NCBI RefSeq assembly: GCF_001194135.2
Contig: NC_068989.1
Location: forward strand, 43,834,487-43,878,199
Origin: Octopus bimaculoides
Lineage: Eukaryota
Length of the DNA stretch: 43,713 nt
Direction of reading: 5' to 3'
A program made the position numbers and the translations under genes. Below are positions 34,141-43,713 of the stretch, one piece after another. The notes beneath the pieces were generated by a model that was given only the letters and a program-made list of their open reading frames with translations, was not told the DNA's origin and searched no databases. Within the stretch, counting starts at the first letter, position 1. Every line of letters starts with the position of its first letter.

Positions 34141-34529
34141 TAGGGGGTGTGTATATATATATATATTCATGTATATTTCTTTTATGCGTTTAATCCATGT
34201 GACTTCAGTCATGCTGGAGTACCTCGAATATAATCAAATAACAGTATGAAATAAGGCAATTGAATTAAGGAAAATGAAAAAGCAAATAATAATAAAGCAT
34301 TTTTAACATAATCACAATGTTATAAATTCGAGGGGAAACAGTTTAGTCAAATGTATTGACTTCAGATGGACAAAAGGCAACATTCAGCACATTGGGATTT
34401 GAACTCAGAACATAAGAACCTGCAACAAATACTCAAAAACTCTAATTTTTAATTTGCTCTACAGTTTGGATACTGACTCAAGCACTGAGAGGTTTCATGC
34501 ATAGCATTTATGTAACATATATATATATA

Positions 34530-34875
34530 GGAGTGGCTGTGTGGTAAGTAGCTTGCTTACCAACTACATGGTTCCAGGTTCAGTCCCACTGCGTGGCACC
34601 TTTGGCAAGTGTCTTCTACTATAGCCTCAGGCTGACCAAAGCCTTGTGAGTGGATTTGGTAGACGGAAACTGAAAGAAGCCCGTCGTATATATGTATATA
34701 TACATATATACGACAGGCTTCTTTCAATTTCCGTCTACCAAATCCACTCACAAGGCTTTGGTCGGCTCGAGGCTATAGTAGAAGACACCTGCCCAAGGTG
34801 CCACGCAGTGGGACTGAACCCAGAACCATGCGGTTGGTAAGCAAGCTACTTACCACACAGCCACTCCTGCGCCTA
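34530..34875. repeat. Two SINE A 5' halves in inverted orientation joined at (TA)n
   Basis: 34530-34685 is the approximate reverse complement of 34710-34867; centre is the self-complementary (TA)n; 35686-35882 repeats the right half after the gap. Confidence 0.88.
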
Positions 34876-35899
34876 GTNNNNNNNNNNNNNNNNNNNNNNN
34901 NNNNNNNNNNNNNNNNNNNNNNNNNNNNNNNNNNNNNNNNNNNNNNNNNNNNNNNNNNNNNNNNNNNNNNNNNNNNNNNNNNNNNNNNNNNNNNNNNNNN
35001 NNNNNNNNNNNNNNNNNNNNNNNNNNNNNNNNNNNNNNNNNNNNNNNNNNNNNNNNNNNNNNNNNNNNNNNNNNNNNNNNNNNNNNNNNNNNNNNNNNNN
35101 NNNNNNNNNNNNNNNNNNNNNNNNNNNNNNNNNNNNNNNNNNNNNNNNNNNNNNNNNNNNNNNNNNNNNNNNNNNNNNNNNNNNNNNNNNNNNNNNNNNN
35201 NNNNNNNNNNNNNNNNNNNNNNNNNNNNNNNNNNNNNNNNNNNNNNNNNNNNNNNNNNNNNNNNNNNNNNNNNNNNNNNNNNNNNNNNNNNNNNNNNNNN
35301 NNNNNNNNNNNNNNNNNNNNNNNNNNNNNNNNNNNNNNNNNNNNNNNNNNNNNNNNNNNNNNNNNNNNNNNNNNNNNNNNNNNNNNNNNNNNNNNNNNNN
35401 NNNNNNNNNNNNNNNNNNNNNNNNNNNNNNNNNNNNNNNNNNNNNNNNNNNNNNNNNNNNNNNNNNNNNNNNNNNNNNNNNNNNNNNNNNNNNNNNNNNN
35501 NNNNNNNNNNNNNNNNNNNNNNNNNNNNNNNNNNNNNNNNNNNNNNNNNNNNNNNNNNNNNNNNNNNNNNNNNNNNNNNNNNNNNNNNNNNNNNNNNNNN
35601 NNNNNNNNNNNNNNNNNNNNNNNNNNNNNNNNNNNNNNNNNNNNNNNNNNNNNNNNNNNNNNNNNNNNNNNNNNNNNNNNNNNNNATATATATATATATA
35701 TATATATACATATATACGACAGGCTTCTTTCAATTTCCGTCTACCAAATCCACTCACAAGGCTTTGGTCGGCTCGAGGCTATAGTAGAAGACACCTGCCC
35801 AAGGTGCCACGCAGTGGGACTGAACCCAGAACCATGCGGTTGGTAAGCAAGCTACTTACCACACAGCCACTCCTGCGCCTAGTGATCATAATTTAAATT

Positions 35900-36130
35900 C
35901 CTAGACTGGGTGGTGCATTGTTTTCTTGAGCAAAACACTTCATGTCATGTTGCTTTGCAACTACTTCACCACCAGGCATGTAGTACACAGTGCACCTCTT
36001 CAGACAATGTTGATTGATGGAGAGAGTGAGCTAATGTGATGCACAAATATTTAATCACCATAAACAAATCGTTTGTGCAACTTGTTTGACAAAAAGTAAA
36101 CACTCATACATTGTCTTTGACGGGGAAAGC
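35900..36130 (+). mobile_element. Degenerate SINE ('cttgagcaaaacact' segment)
   Basis: aaattcctagactgg..gttttcttgagcaaaacacttc resembles the family D head and core; tail differs. Confidence 0.45.
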
Positions 36131-36202
36131 CCATCATATATTTATATTTATATCTGTGTATGTGTGTGATTTTGTGTGTGTGTGTGTGATTTTGTGTGTG
36201 TT

Positions 36203-36237
<35 letters not shown>

Positions 36238-37067
36238 CTAATATAACAAATGTGAAAACTAATTTGTGTGTCAGTGTGTCACACTTCGACCCCCACCTCT
36301 CTCACGATTCATTGACACTCCTATTATTGCTCATATTGGGGTGAGAGTAATAGTAGGCATAGAGACCATGAGAATGGTGGTGAAGACAGAGACAGAGAGA
36401 ATGAAAAAGAGAGCGAGAGAAAGAGGGACTGAACACTGAACTAAGATGCTGAACNNNNNNNNNNNNNNNNNNNNNNNNNNNNNNNNNNNNNNNNNNNNNN
36501 NNNNNNNNNNNNNNNNNNNNNNNNNNNNNNNNNNNNNNNNNNNNNNNNNNNNNNNNNNNNNNNNNNNNNNNNNNNNNNNNNNNNNNNNNNNNNNNNNNNN
36601 NNNNNNNNNNNNNNNNNNNNNNNNNNNNNNNNNNNNNNNNNNNNNNNNNNNNNNNNNNNNNNNNNNNNNNNNNNNNNNNNNNNNNNNNNNNNNNNNNNNN
36701 NNNNNNNNNNNNNNNNNNNNNNNNNNNNNNNNNNNNNNNNNNNNNNNNNNNNNNNNNNNNNNNNNNNNNNNNNNNNNNNNNNNNNNNNNNNNNNNNNNNN
36801 NNNNNNNNNNNNNNNNNNNNNNNNNNNNNNNNNNNNNNNNNNNNNNNNNNNNNNNNNNNNNNNNNNNNNNNNNNNNNNNNNNNNNNNNNNNNNNNNNNNN
36901 NNNNNNNNNNNNNNNNNNNNNNNNNNNNNNNNNNNNNNNNNNNNNNNNNNNNNNNNNNNNNNNNNNNNNNNNNNNNNNNNNNNNNNNNNNNNNNNNNNNN
37001 NNNNNNNNNNNNNNNNNNNNNNNNNNNNNNNNNNNNNNNNNNNNNNNNNNNNNNNNNNNNNNNNNNC

Positions 37068-37800
37068 TGTAGTTACTTGGTGTTGTTTCCAATAATGTTT
37101 TTGGTGAAGCAGCGAGTTGGACAGAGCTGCTCTTCTTTGCGTCTCCTGCCATGATGTGGCTTCATCTGGTATCTCAGATAGAAACTTGTCCAGACATTCC
37201 TTGAAAACTTCCACATCAACACCATGTAGATCTCTACGGTTGCCTGGATGGATGTTGAACAATTGCAGGCCCTTGAAACCCAGACTATTGCAGTACTGTG
37301 TCCTTATTTTAGATAGAGAAGACAGGATCTTTGGTATGATGCAGTGCCATCCAGTTCAAGGATTGGTATAGCTGTCAATTCCAAAAGTGGGAGCTAAACC
37401 CACCAAGATCTTCCAAATATATATCATTGCATATTTCTCTCATCTTCTCTGCAGGGAATAGAGACTCAGCTCCTTTTGCCTCTCTCAGTAGCCCATCTTT
37501 TGCACCAAGTCAATCTTCTTTATGTATTGGTGCTGGATTGCTTCAAGTTCCACAGTTTGTTTCACACTCTCTGGGAACCATATTTGGGAGCAGTAGTCCA
37601 AGCAGCTGAGAATGAAATTCTTCCATGGGAGTAACAGTGCTTCTCTTTTCCTGGTTCTGAATGTCCTCAGAATCCAGCCAACCACTTGCCTGCACAGTGT
37701 TGCAATAATAAAGAAGTTCTTACAGAAAATAATAAAGAAGTTCTTACGGCCTTCTACCATGCCATATATTTCCCCACAAATAAATCTAATACTGTACAAA
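37068..37800 (-). mobile_element. CR1/L2-group LINE ORF2 3' end
   Basis: GWILRTFRTR..WKNFILSCLDYCSQIW..ELEAIQ..IYIWKILVGLAP..GLQLFNIHP..DVEVFKECLDKFLSEIPDE..RAALSNSLLHQ. Confidence 0.88.
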
Positions 37801-37995
37801 CCTACTTAAACTGGAGACAGAAACACCTTGAAGTATAACTCTACATAGACAGTAACAAACTTGCCAATGTCAGAAGAAACATTATGAAAAAGAAATTACT
37901 AACTGAAGTAGAGATTGACCAAATTAAACAAGCAGTAAGGGATAAAAGGAACGAAGCTGCGGCTAAAGAAGATACTACAGAGGAAATAATTATAG
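37800..37995 (+). mobile_element. R4/Dong-like ORF N-terminal fragment
   Basis: YLNWRQKH..YIDSNKLANVRRNIMKKKLLTEVEIDQIK resembles the N-terminal LANxRRxI..LT..EI segment I recall from RLE elements of this group. Confidence 0.55.
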
Positions 37996-37997
37996 AC

Positions 37998-38250
37998 CAT
38001 CCTGGTACTTATTCTATTGATCTCTTTTGAAGAGTTGCTAAGTTACAAGGATGTAAACATACCAGCATACATATATGTATATGGGTGTGTGGCTTCTTTG
38101 AGTTTCTGCCAACCAAATCCACTCACAGGGCTTTGGTTGACCTCAGGCTATAGTAGAAGACACTTGCCCAAGAAGGTACTACAGTGAGATTGAACCTGAA
38201 ACCATGTGGTTGAGAAGTAAGCTTCTCACCACACAGTCACACCTACACCT
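37998..38250 (-). mobile_element. SINE family A, old copy
   Basis: Reverse complement of head, core and tail; CpG-depleted. Confidence 0.75.
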
Positions 38251-38420
38251 ATTTACTCATAGTTATTTATAAGTCTATCTACTTTGAGTATCATCATTAA
38301 AAATTATTTATTTCATATCCCTTGAGGTTTCTAAATTCATTATAAGAGTGATAACTTCCTCAACTTCTGTGAGTACTAGATACAATATCAATACAAGAGT
38401 GATAACTGTTTCTTATCTCC

Positions 38421-38604
38421 GAAGTGCCACAAGGATTAAGTCGATTACATTGACCCCAGTGCGTAATGGTACTTAATTTATCAACCCCAAAAGGATGAAA
38501 GGCAAAGTTGACCTTGGCAGAATTTGAACTCAGAACATAATGGTAGACGAAATACCGCTAAGCATTTTGCCCGGTGTGCTAACGATTCTACCAGCTCACC
38601 ACCT
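38421..38604 (-). mobile_element. SINE family C copy
   Basis: Reverse complement ggtggtgagctggtagaatcgttagc..gttctgagttcaaattc..gcctttcatccttttggggttgataaattaagtacca. Confidence 0.85.
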
Positions 38605-38619
38605 CAAACAAAGTAGTGT

Positions 38620-39022
38620 CTAGAAAAGCACTTGGAGAGCGCAGACCTCTGCCAAGCAGCTCATTTTAAGATAGATACGCGAATAAAATTACTAATAGAG
38701 AAACGAAAATAAACTTTGGAAACAGCAACGCCACCATAGGTTAAGTGGAAATGATAAACGTGTTTTCAAGGTAGATAATCAAAGAATGTAACGTAATACT
38801 TCATGTAAAGTAAATATAACAAATGTAAAATCCTTCAAGAATCCATAAAAATTCCCAGATCACTACCAAAACTTCATCATCTGTTCCTTGTGTCATTACC
38901 AACTTTTCCTGTAAGTTTCATCAAATACTGTTCTCAACTTTTTGAGTTATTTTGCACACAGACGGATAGACGGACAAACCAACTTCGATGAAAACATAAC
39001 CTCCTTCCTTGGCAGAGGTAAT
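38620..39022 (+). mobile_element. Helentron-associated non-autonomous element (HINE/pearl-like)
   Basis: Subterminal inverted repeat ACCTCTGCCAAG (38645-56) / CTTGGCAGAGGT (39008-19); GACG/GACA microsatellite near the 3' end; terminal acctc..gaggt hairpin. Confidence 0.7.
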
Positions 39023-39514
39023 AATAAATGAAAGAAGCAGCTCATTCTTCCCACAATACTTGCCTTGACCCAGACATTGGCAACCCACACTATACTACTA
39101 CCAACCTGAGAGTACTAGCTGTCTGTACTCCAGTGAGTACTGGGAACATTATCAATACTAAAGTTCAAAAGACTTAAAGATTTTGGTACTGAATCATCAA
39201 ACATATTTTCAATTGCATTTATACATATTAATACATCTGCATTTAGACAGTCATATTGCCAAGTGTAAGTGCATGTGATGTACATGTGTGTGTGTGTATG
39301 TGTGTGCGTGTGTGTGTGTGTTTGTACGTGTATGTATGTGTGTTTGTGTGTGTGTTTGTGTGTGTGTGTGTGTTTGTATATGTATGTGTTTGTGTGTGTG
39401 TGAGTGTATGTGTGTGTTTGTGTACATGTGTGTGTTTGTGTACATGTGTGTGCATGTGTGTTTGTGCATGTGTGTGTGTGCATGTGTGTGTGTGCATGTG
39501 TGTGTGTGCATGTA

Positions 39515-39547
<33 letters not shown>

Positions 39548-39556
39548 ATGTTTGTG

Positions 39557-39589
<33 letters not shown>

Positions 39590-39789
39590 ATGCATGTGTG
39601 TGTAGGAGTTGGTTTTATAGAAGTGAGGTGAATGAAGAAGAAAAGGGCAGAAGCTTTTCTGCAGGAAATGTGATGGTGATAATGATGATGGCGGTGAATT
39701 GCAGAAAAGGAATTGATAGATAGGAAAGACAATGGTGGACTTAGTTGCAGTAATAAGAGTAGGTGGCAACGATACTGACAGCGGTGGTG

Positions 39790-40109
39790 GTGGTGATGAT
39801 GGTGATGAAGAAGAAGAGGAGGAGGATGTTGATGATGATGATGATGATGATGATGATAATAGTGATGGTGATAATAATGATAATATACCGATGATGATGA
39901 TAATGATAATGGTGGCGGTATTGGTGTTGATGATGATGATGATAATGCTGACCATGACAGTGATGAAGAAGATAATGCCGATGAGAATGATGATGACGAA
40001 TGATGCTGATGATAGTGATGATGACAATGACGATGATGATGATGATGACTAAGGCAACAACAATGTCAATGATGTCAGCTACAAGAGACAGCGATCTTGA
40101 TGATGACGG

Positions 40110-40145
<36 letters not shown>

Positions 40146-40150
40146 CAATG
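39790..40150. repeat. (GAT)n-rich low-complexity tract
   Basis: Imperfect GAT/GAC/AAT triplets; gives spurious Asp-, Met- and Ser/His-rich ORFs. Confidence 0.9.
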
Positions 40151-40443
40151 GTTATTGGAAGGAAATGATGAAACTGATAAGTTTTTTTATTTTTTTATTT
40201 CTATTTTTTAAAAATTTTTTATTTCTTTATTATTATCAATATTTTTTTGGTCCAGACATAACTCTGCTTTGATTCAAATGTGTTGATTCAAAAATTCTTG
40301 ACAAAAATAGAATCTTTCGGAAATATCTTATCTCCTATCATTTATAGAAATTGAATTAAGAAATAATTTTGATGGTTTATTCCAGTCTGCACCTCATTTT
40401 ACAATAATAGATATATTTTTACTTATCCACTTACACTGGTTGG

Positions 40444-40548
40444 TTCTATTGAATTCAGAAACACTGGATAATTTTATTGAATTCTAAAATACTGACTGAT
40501 TCTATTAAATTCCAAAATACTGTATGATTTTATTGAATTCCAAAAGAC
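40444..40548. repeat. 28-bp tandem repeat, about 4 copies
   Basis: tt(c/t)tatt(g/a)aattc..aa(a)tactg units starting at 40444, 40472, 40500, 40528. Confidence 0.8.
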
Positions 40549-40953
40549 TTCTAAGACAAGGTTATGACTCTTTAGCAGAGTTCCCAGAACAGACAATGAC
40601 ATGGCACCAACTTTGTATTCTACATTTTTAGACATTATGATTATAAACGCTGTATTTAAGGATGAATATTTCATTTGTGTTGGCAGTGTCAGATTTAGCC
40701 TTCAAGAACCACTTCAGAAAACTCTTGGTGTAACTTCAAGAAGTTATATAAAGTAAGGAAGGTCCCTTGTTAAAAGATTACACTTTAATGTCTCAAAAAC
40801 ATTGAAAATATTGTTTAAAAGTTATTTTGAGGCCCTTTTTGTTTCTACCCATCTCTTTTGCTGAAACATTAAGTTATGGGGATTTAAACAAACCAAAACT
40901 AGTTGCCAATTGGTGGGAGGAACAAATACAAGTACGTACACATACATATATGT

Positions 40954-41044
<91 letters not shown>

Positions 41045-41074
41045 CACACATACAATTATTATCAGTATTATTTA

Positions 41075-41500
41075 ATGTTTGTTGTGAATGCTGGCATGGG
41101 CTGGACAGTTTGACTAGAGGTTGCAAGCTGGAGAACTGCACTAGGCTCCAGTCTGATTCGGTGTGGTTTCTATGGCTGGATGCCCTTACTAACACCAACC
41201 ACTTTACAGAGTGTGCTGGGTGCTTTTATGTGGCACCACACAAGTGCCATTACATGAGTGCTTTTTACATGGCACTGGCACAAGACTCTTGCAGGCCAAT
41301 CCTCTTCCCCAGGGGAGCATCCTTAGTGCTTCTGCTGTGGAGTATGGGTTTTCTTGAGTACAACAAGGCACCAGATATTTTGACCCTTTGTCAGCTTGTT
41401 TGAAAGGTTCAGCATCCTGAGGTTGTCCTTCAGTATTTTGTCCCATGTTTTCTTGGATTTCCCCCTTCCACATGTTCCATCTACCTTGAGAGATTGGCTC
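41075..41500 (-). mobile_element. RTE LINE 3' end with UTR
   Basis: KVDGTCGRGKSKKTWDKILKDNLRMLNL..IWCLVVLKKT plus ggatgcccttactaacaccaacc. Confidence 0.8.
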
Positions 41501-41820
41501 TTCTTTATGGACCTGTTGGTATCCATCTGCATCCTGAAGCGATAATAGAAGACACTTGCCAAAGGTATGATTCAGTGGAACTGAATCCAAAACTATGTGG
41601 ATTATAAGTCTGTAAGGTTCAACATGTTGAGTTTATAACTAAATCTGGTACTGTGTATAGTCTTAAATTACTCAAGGAATTTCAGATCTGATCCCTTTAT
41701 AAATATGTGATTTGACCCAATGATGTAGACTGAGTGGTCTGGTTATTTTCATAGAGCAAAGTAGCCAAATATCTTTAACTGAAATGTTTCCATTTTTTCT
41801 TTTATATAATCATGTAAGAT

Positions 41821-42927
41821 GTGCAGCTGTGGCTGTGTGGTTAAGAAGCTTGTTTCTAAGTCATATGGTCTTCAGTTCAAACCCACTGTCTGTCACTTTG
41901 GGCAAGTGTCTTCTTCTATAGGCAGGGCTGATTAAAGTCTTGTGAGTAAAGTTGACAGACAGAAACTGAAAGAAGCTTGTTGTACATGTGTGTGTGTGCA
42001 GATGTAATGTGTGTGTGTATGTGTGTGTAATGTCTGGATAGTACCTTTTTAAAATCAATCTTGAAATGGAGTAAAGCAGAGTTGACCTCAGTGATATTTG
42101 GACTCAGAGAGTCTTGGCAGTCAGAGCAGATAACCATGAGTCATTCTATTCAGTGTTTTAATAACTCTACCAATTCATTGCTATTGCCTAATTAGCTACT
42201 TTATATCACAGATATAACCAAATAGATCTGATTAGAGATATCAAACAATAACAATAAAAAACAACTATATAGTTTTCATACCTTCAAATGCATTTATATG
42301 AATGAAAAAATAGAATAATTTATTGGGAAATATGTATAAAACAAGGAAGATTAACTGGCTACCATCTTTCTTCCTTGATTATTGTGCACAATGTATCTCA
42401 CTATGTAATGTAGAATATATTTCTCTTCAATAGGCACAGGCGGTAAGAAGTTTACTTGCCAACTACATGGTTCCGGGTTCAGTCCCACTGCGTGGCATCT
42501 TGGGCAAGTGTCTTCTNNNNNNNNNNNNNNNNNNNNNNNNNNNNNNNNNNNNNNNNNNNNNNNNNNNNNNNNNNNNNNNNNNNNNNNNNNNNNNNNNNNN
42601 NNNNNNNNNNNNNNNNNNNNNNNNNNNNNNNNNNNNNNNNNNNNNNNNNNNNNNNNNNNNATATATATGTGTGTGTGTGTGTGTGTGTATGTATATATAT
42701 ATACATATCTAGGTGTGTGTGTGTCTTTGTGTGTTTGTGTTTGTCACTGCTTGGCAACCAGTGTTATGTTTACATACCCATAACTTAACAGTTCAGCAAA
42801 AGTGCCCAACAGAATAAGTACCAGGCTTAAAGAAAGAGAAAAAATAAGTACTGGGGGCGATTCATTCAACTAAAATTCTTCAAGGTGGTGTGGCTACAAC
42901 CTGATGACTGAAATAAGTAAAAGATAA
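41821..42927 (+). mobile_element. Two SINE family A copies (41821-41985 partial; 42431-42927 with gap)
   Basis: Family A heads, ttgggcaagtgtcttc core, tgaaataagtaaaaga tail. Confidence 0.75.
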
Positions 42928-43713
42928 ATGATATGAAGTCATTGATATTTCAAATTAAGAAATGTATTTGGAAAATTTTGTTGTTAAGGGTGGGCAGTTT
43001 TTCTCTGCCTAATGACTTTGGTGAGACTGACAGGACTAAAAACAGACACTTCCCTCCGTGGCCAAGCTCCCTCCTTGACTTCCGTTTGAAAAGAAAGGTG
43101 AGGTTTGGGAGATAGGTGCTGCCTCATGAGCTCATTGTAATGGAGCAGCGGTAATTAAAGAGGCTTCTATTAGGAACCACCACCGATCTCACAGACTGAT
43201 ATACTTATACATGCCATTTTAGCTTGGATTCTATAACTGGGTGGCCTTTTTATATATATGTAATGACATGATTGAGATGAGAGGCTGAAAATAACGATGA
43301 AGTCTGCATCATGATGATGCATCATAGAAATGAATGAGTGAAGAACTATTAGTTATAAAAATGGCCATTTATTTAGTTGATTATAAAATAAAAACGACAG
43401 CATTGCCTTGTGTTTTTTTTTTTTTTTGCATGTATATACATGTTGGTGGTTTGTTGCAGTAAAATATTTTCTGGTTCCATGGATTCTTTGCATGTGGGAG
43501 CTAGCTTCATTGTCTGCTGCTAGAGATGGAGAAACAATGAGAATTGTGTTATGAAACAAAGAGTATAAGCAGTGTGTTGTCCCTCTCATTTCCATTCAGC
43601 TGAGATGCTCTTAGCCAAAAAGCAGAAACTAAAGAGGTTCAACAAACCTCTCGTTGGGTATACTTAAAGTTTGGCAACTAAAGTAGGTCAATCCTAAAAA
43701 TAAAGATTGACCT

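Larger units (their letters stand above)
1..43713. repeat. Pervasive (CA/GT)n, (TA)n, (GA/CT)n, (TAA)n, (GATA)n, (TACA)n microsatellites; 11 assembly gaps
   Basis: Visible throughout; gaps at 3723-3800, 6191-6863, 7966-8017, 15947-16266, 26365-26374, 29087-29999, 30805-30989, 33407-33677, 34878-35685, 36455-37066, 42517-42660. Confidence 0.97.

Noticed and set aside
33086-35882. Real tandem duplications at 33086-33406/33678-34140 and 34710-34877/35686-35882
   Set aside because: Near-identical sequence on both sides of N gaps is typical of scaffolding overlap; treat as probable artefact until long reads confirm (likewise 5975-6020/6864-6910).
39115-39240. Candidate minus-strand exon DVLICINAIENMFDDSVPK...
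   Set aside because: Runs into a stop with no donor and no family similarity.
39732-40272. Asp-rich (biomineral-like) and Met/Ser-rich ORFs
   Set aside because: All frames derive from an imperfect (GAT)n tract, the tail type of the local RTE elements; no splice or domain evidence.
42044-42137. Candidate first exon MVICSDCQDSLSP..FKK|gtac
   Set aside because: No resemblance to the SSAT N-terminus, weak donor, no supporting downstream exon.

Overview
Eukaryotic, AT-rich, microsatellite- and retroposon-dense draft sequence with 11 N-gaps. The repeat families look like those of an octopus (coleoid cephalopod); this is inferred from repeat content, not proven. Nearly all ORFs in the supplied track are microsatellite translations or gap artefacts. 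The only host gene I can support is a minus-strand, divergent SSAT/SAT1-SAT2-family GNAT acetyltransferase. Two of its coding exons (31517-31665 and 880-1041) splice in frame across a ~30.5-kb intron, and its 5' exons were not found. The protein keeps the acetyl-CoA motif but appears to have lost the canonical SSAT residues W84/E92/D93/W132/Y140. The rest is tRNA-derived SINEs of at least five families, RTE, CR1-group, R4/Dong-like and Penelope-like retroelement fragments, a mariner fossil, piggyBac-type MITEs, a Helentron-type HINE and several long fold-back repeats. Highlights: a complete type I hammerhead ribozyme fold (8023-8094), a tRNA-headed SINE carrying a minimal hammerhead with a compensatory U3-A8 core pair (21757-21802), a 138-bp-arm hairpin overlapping a splice donor next to a homeodomain-site cluster, and a Dong-like element inserted in (TAA)n.
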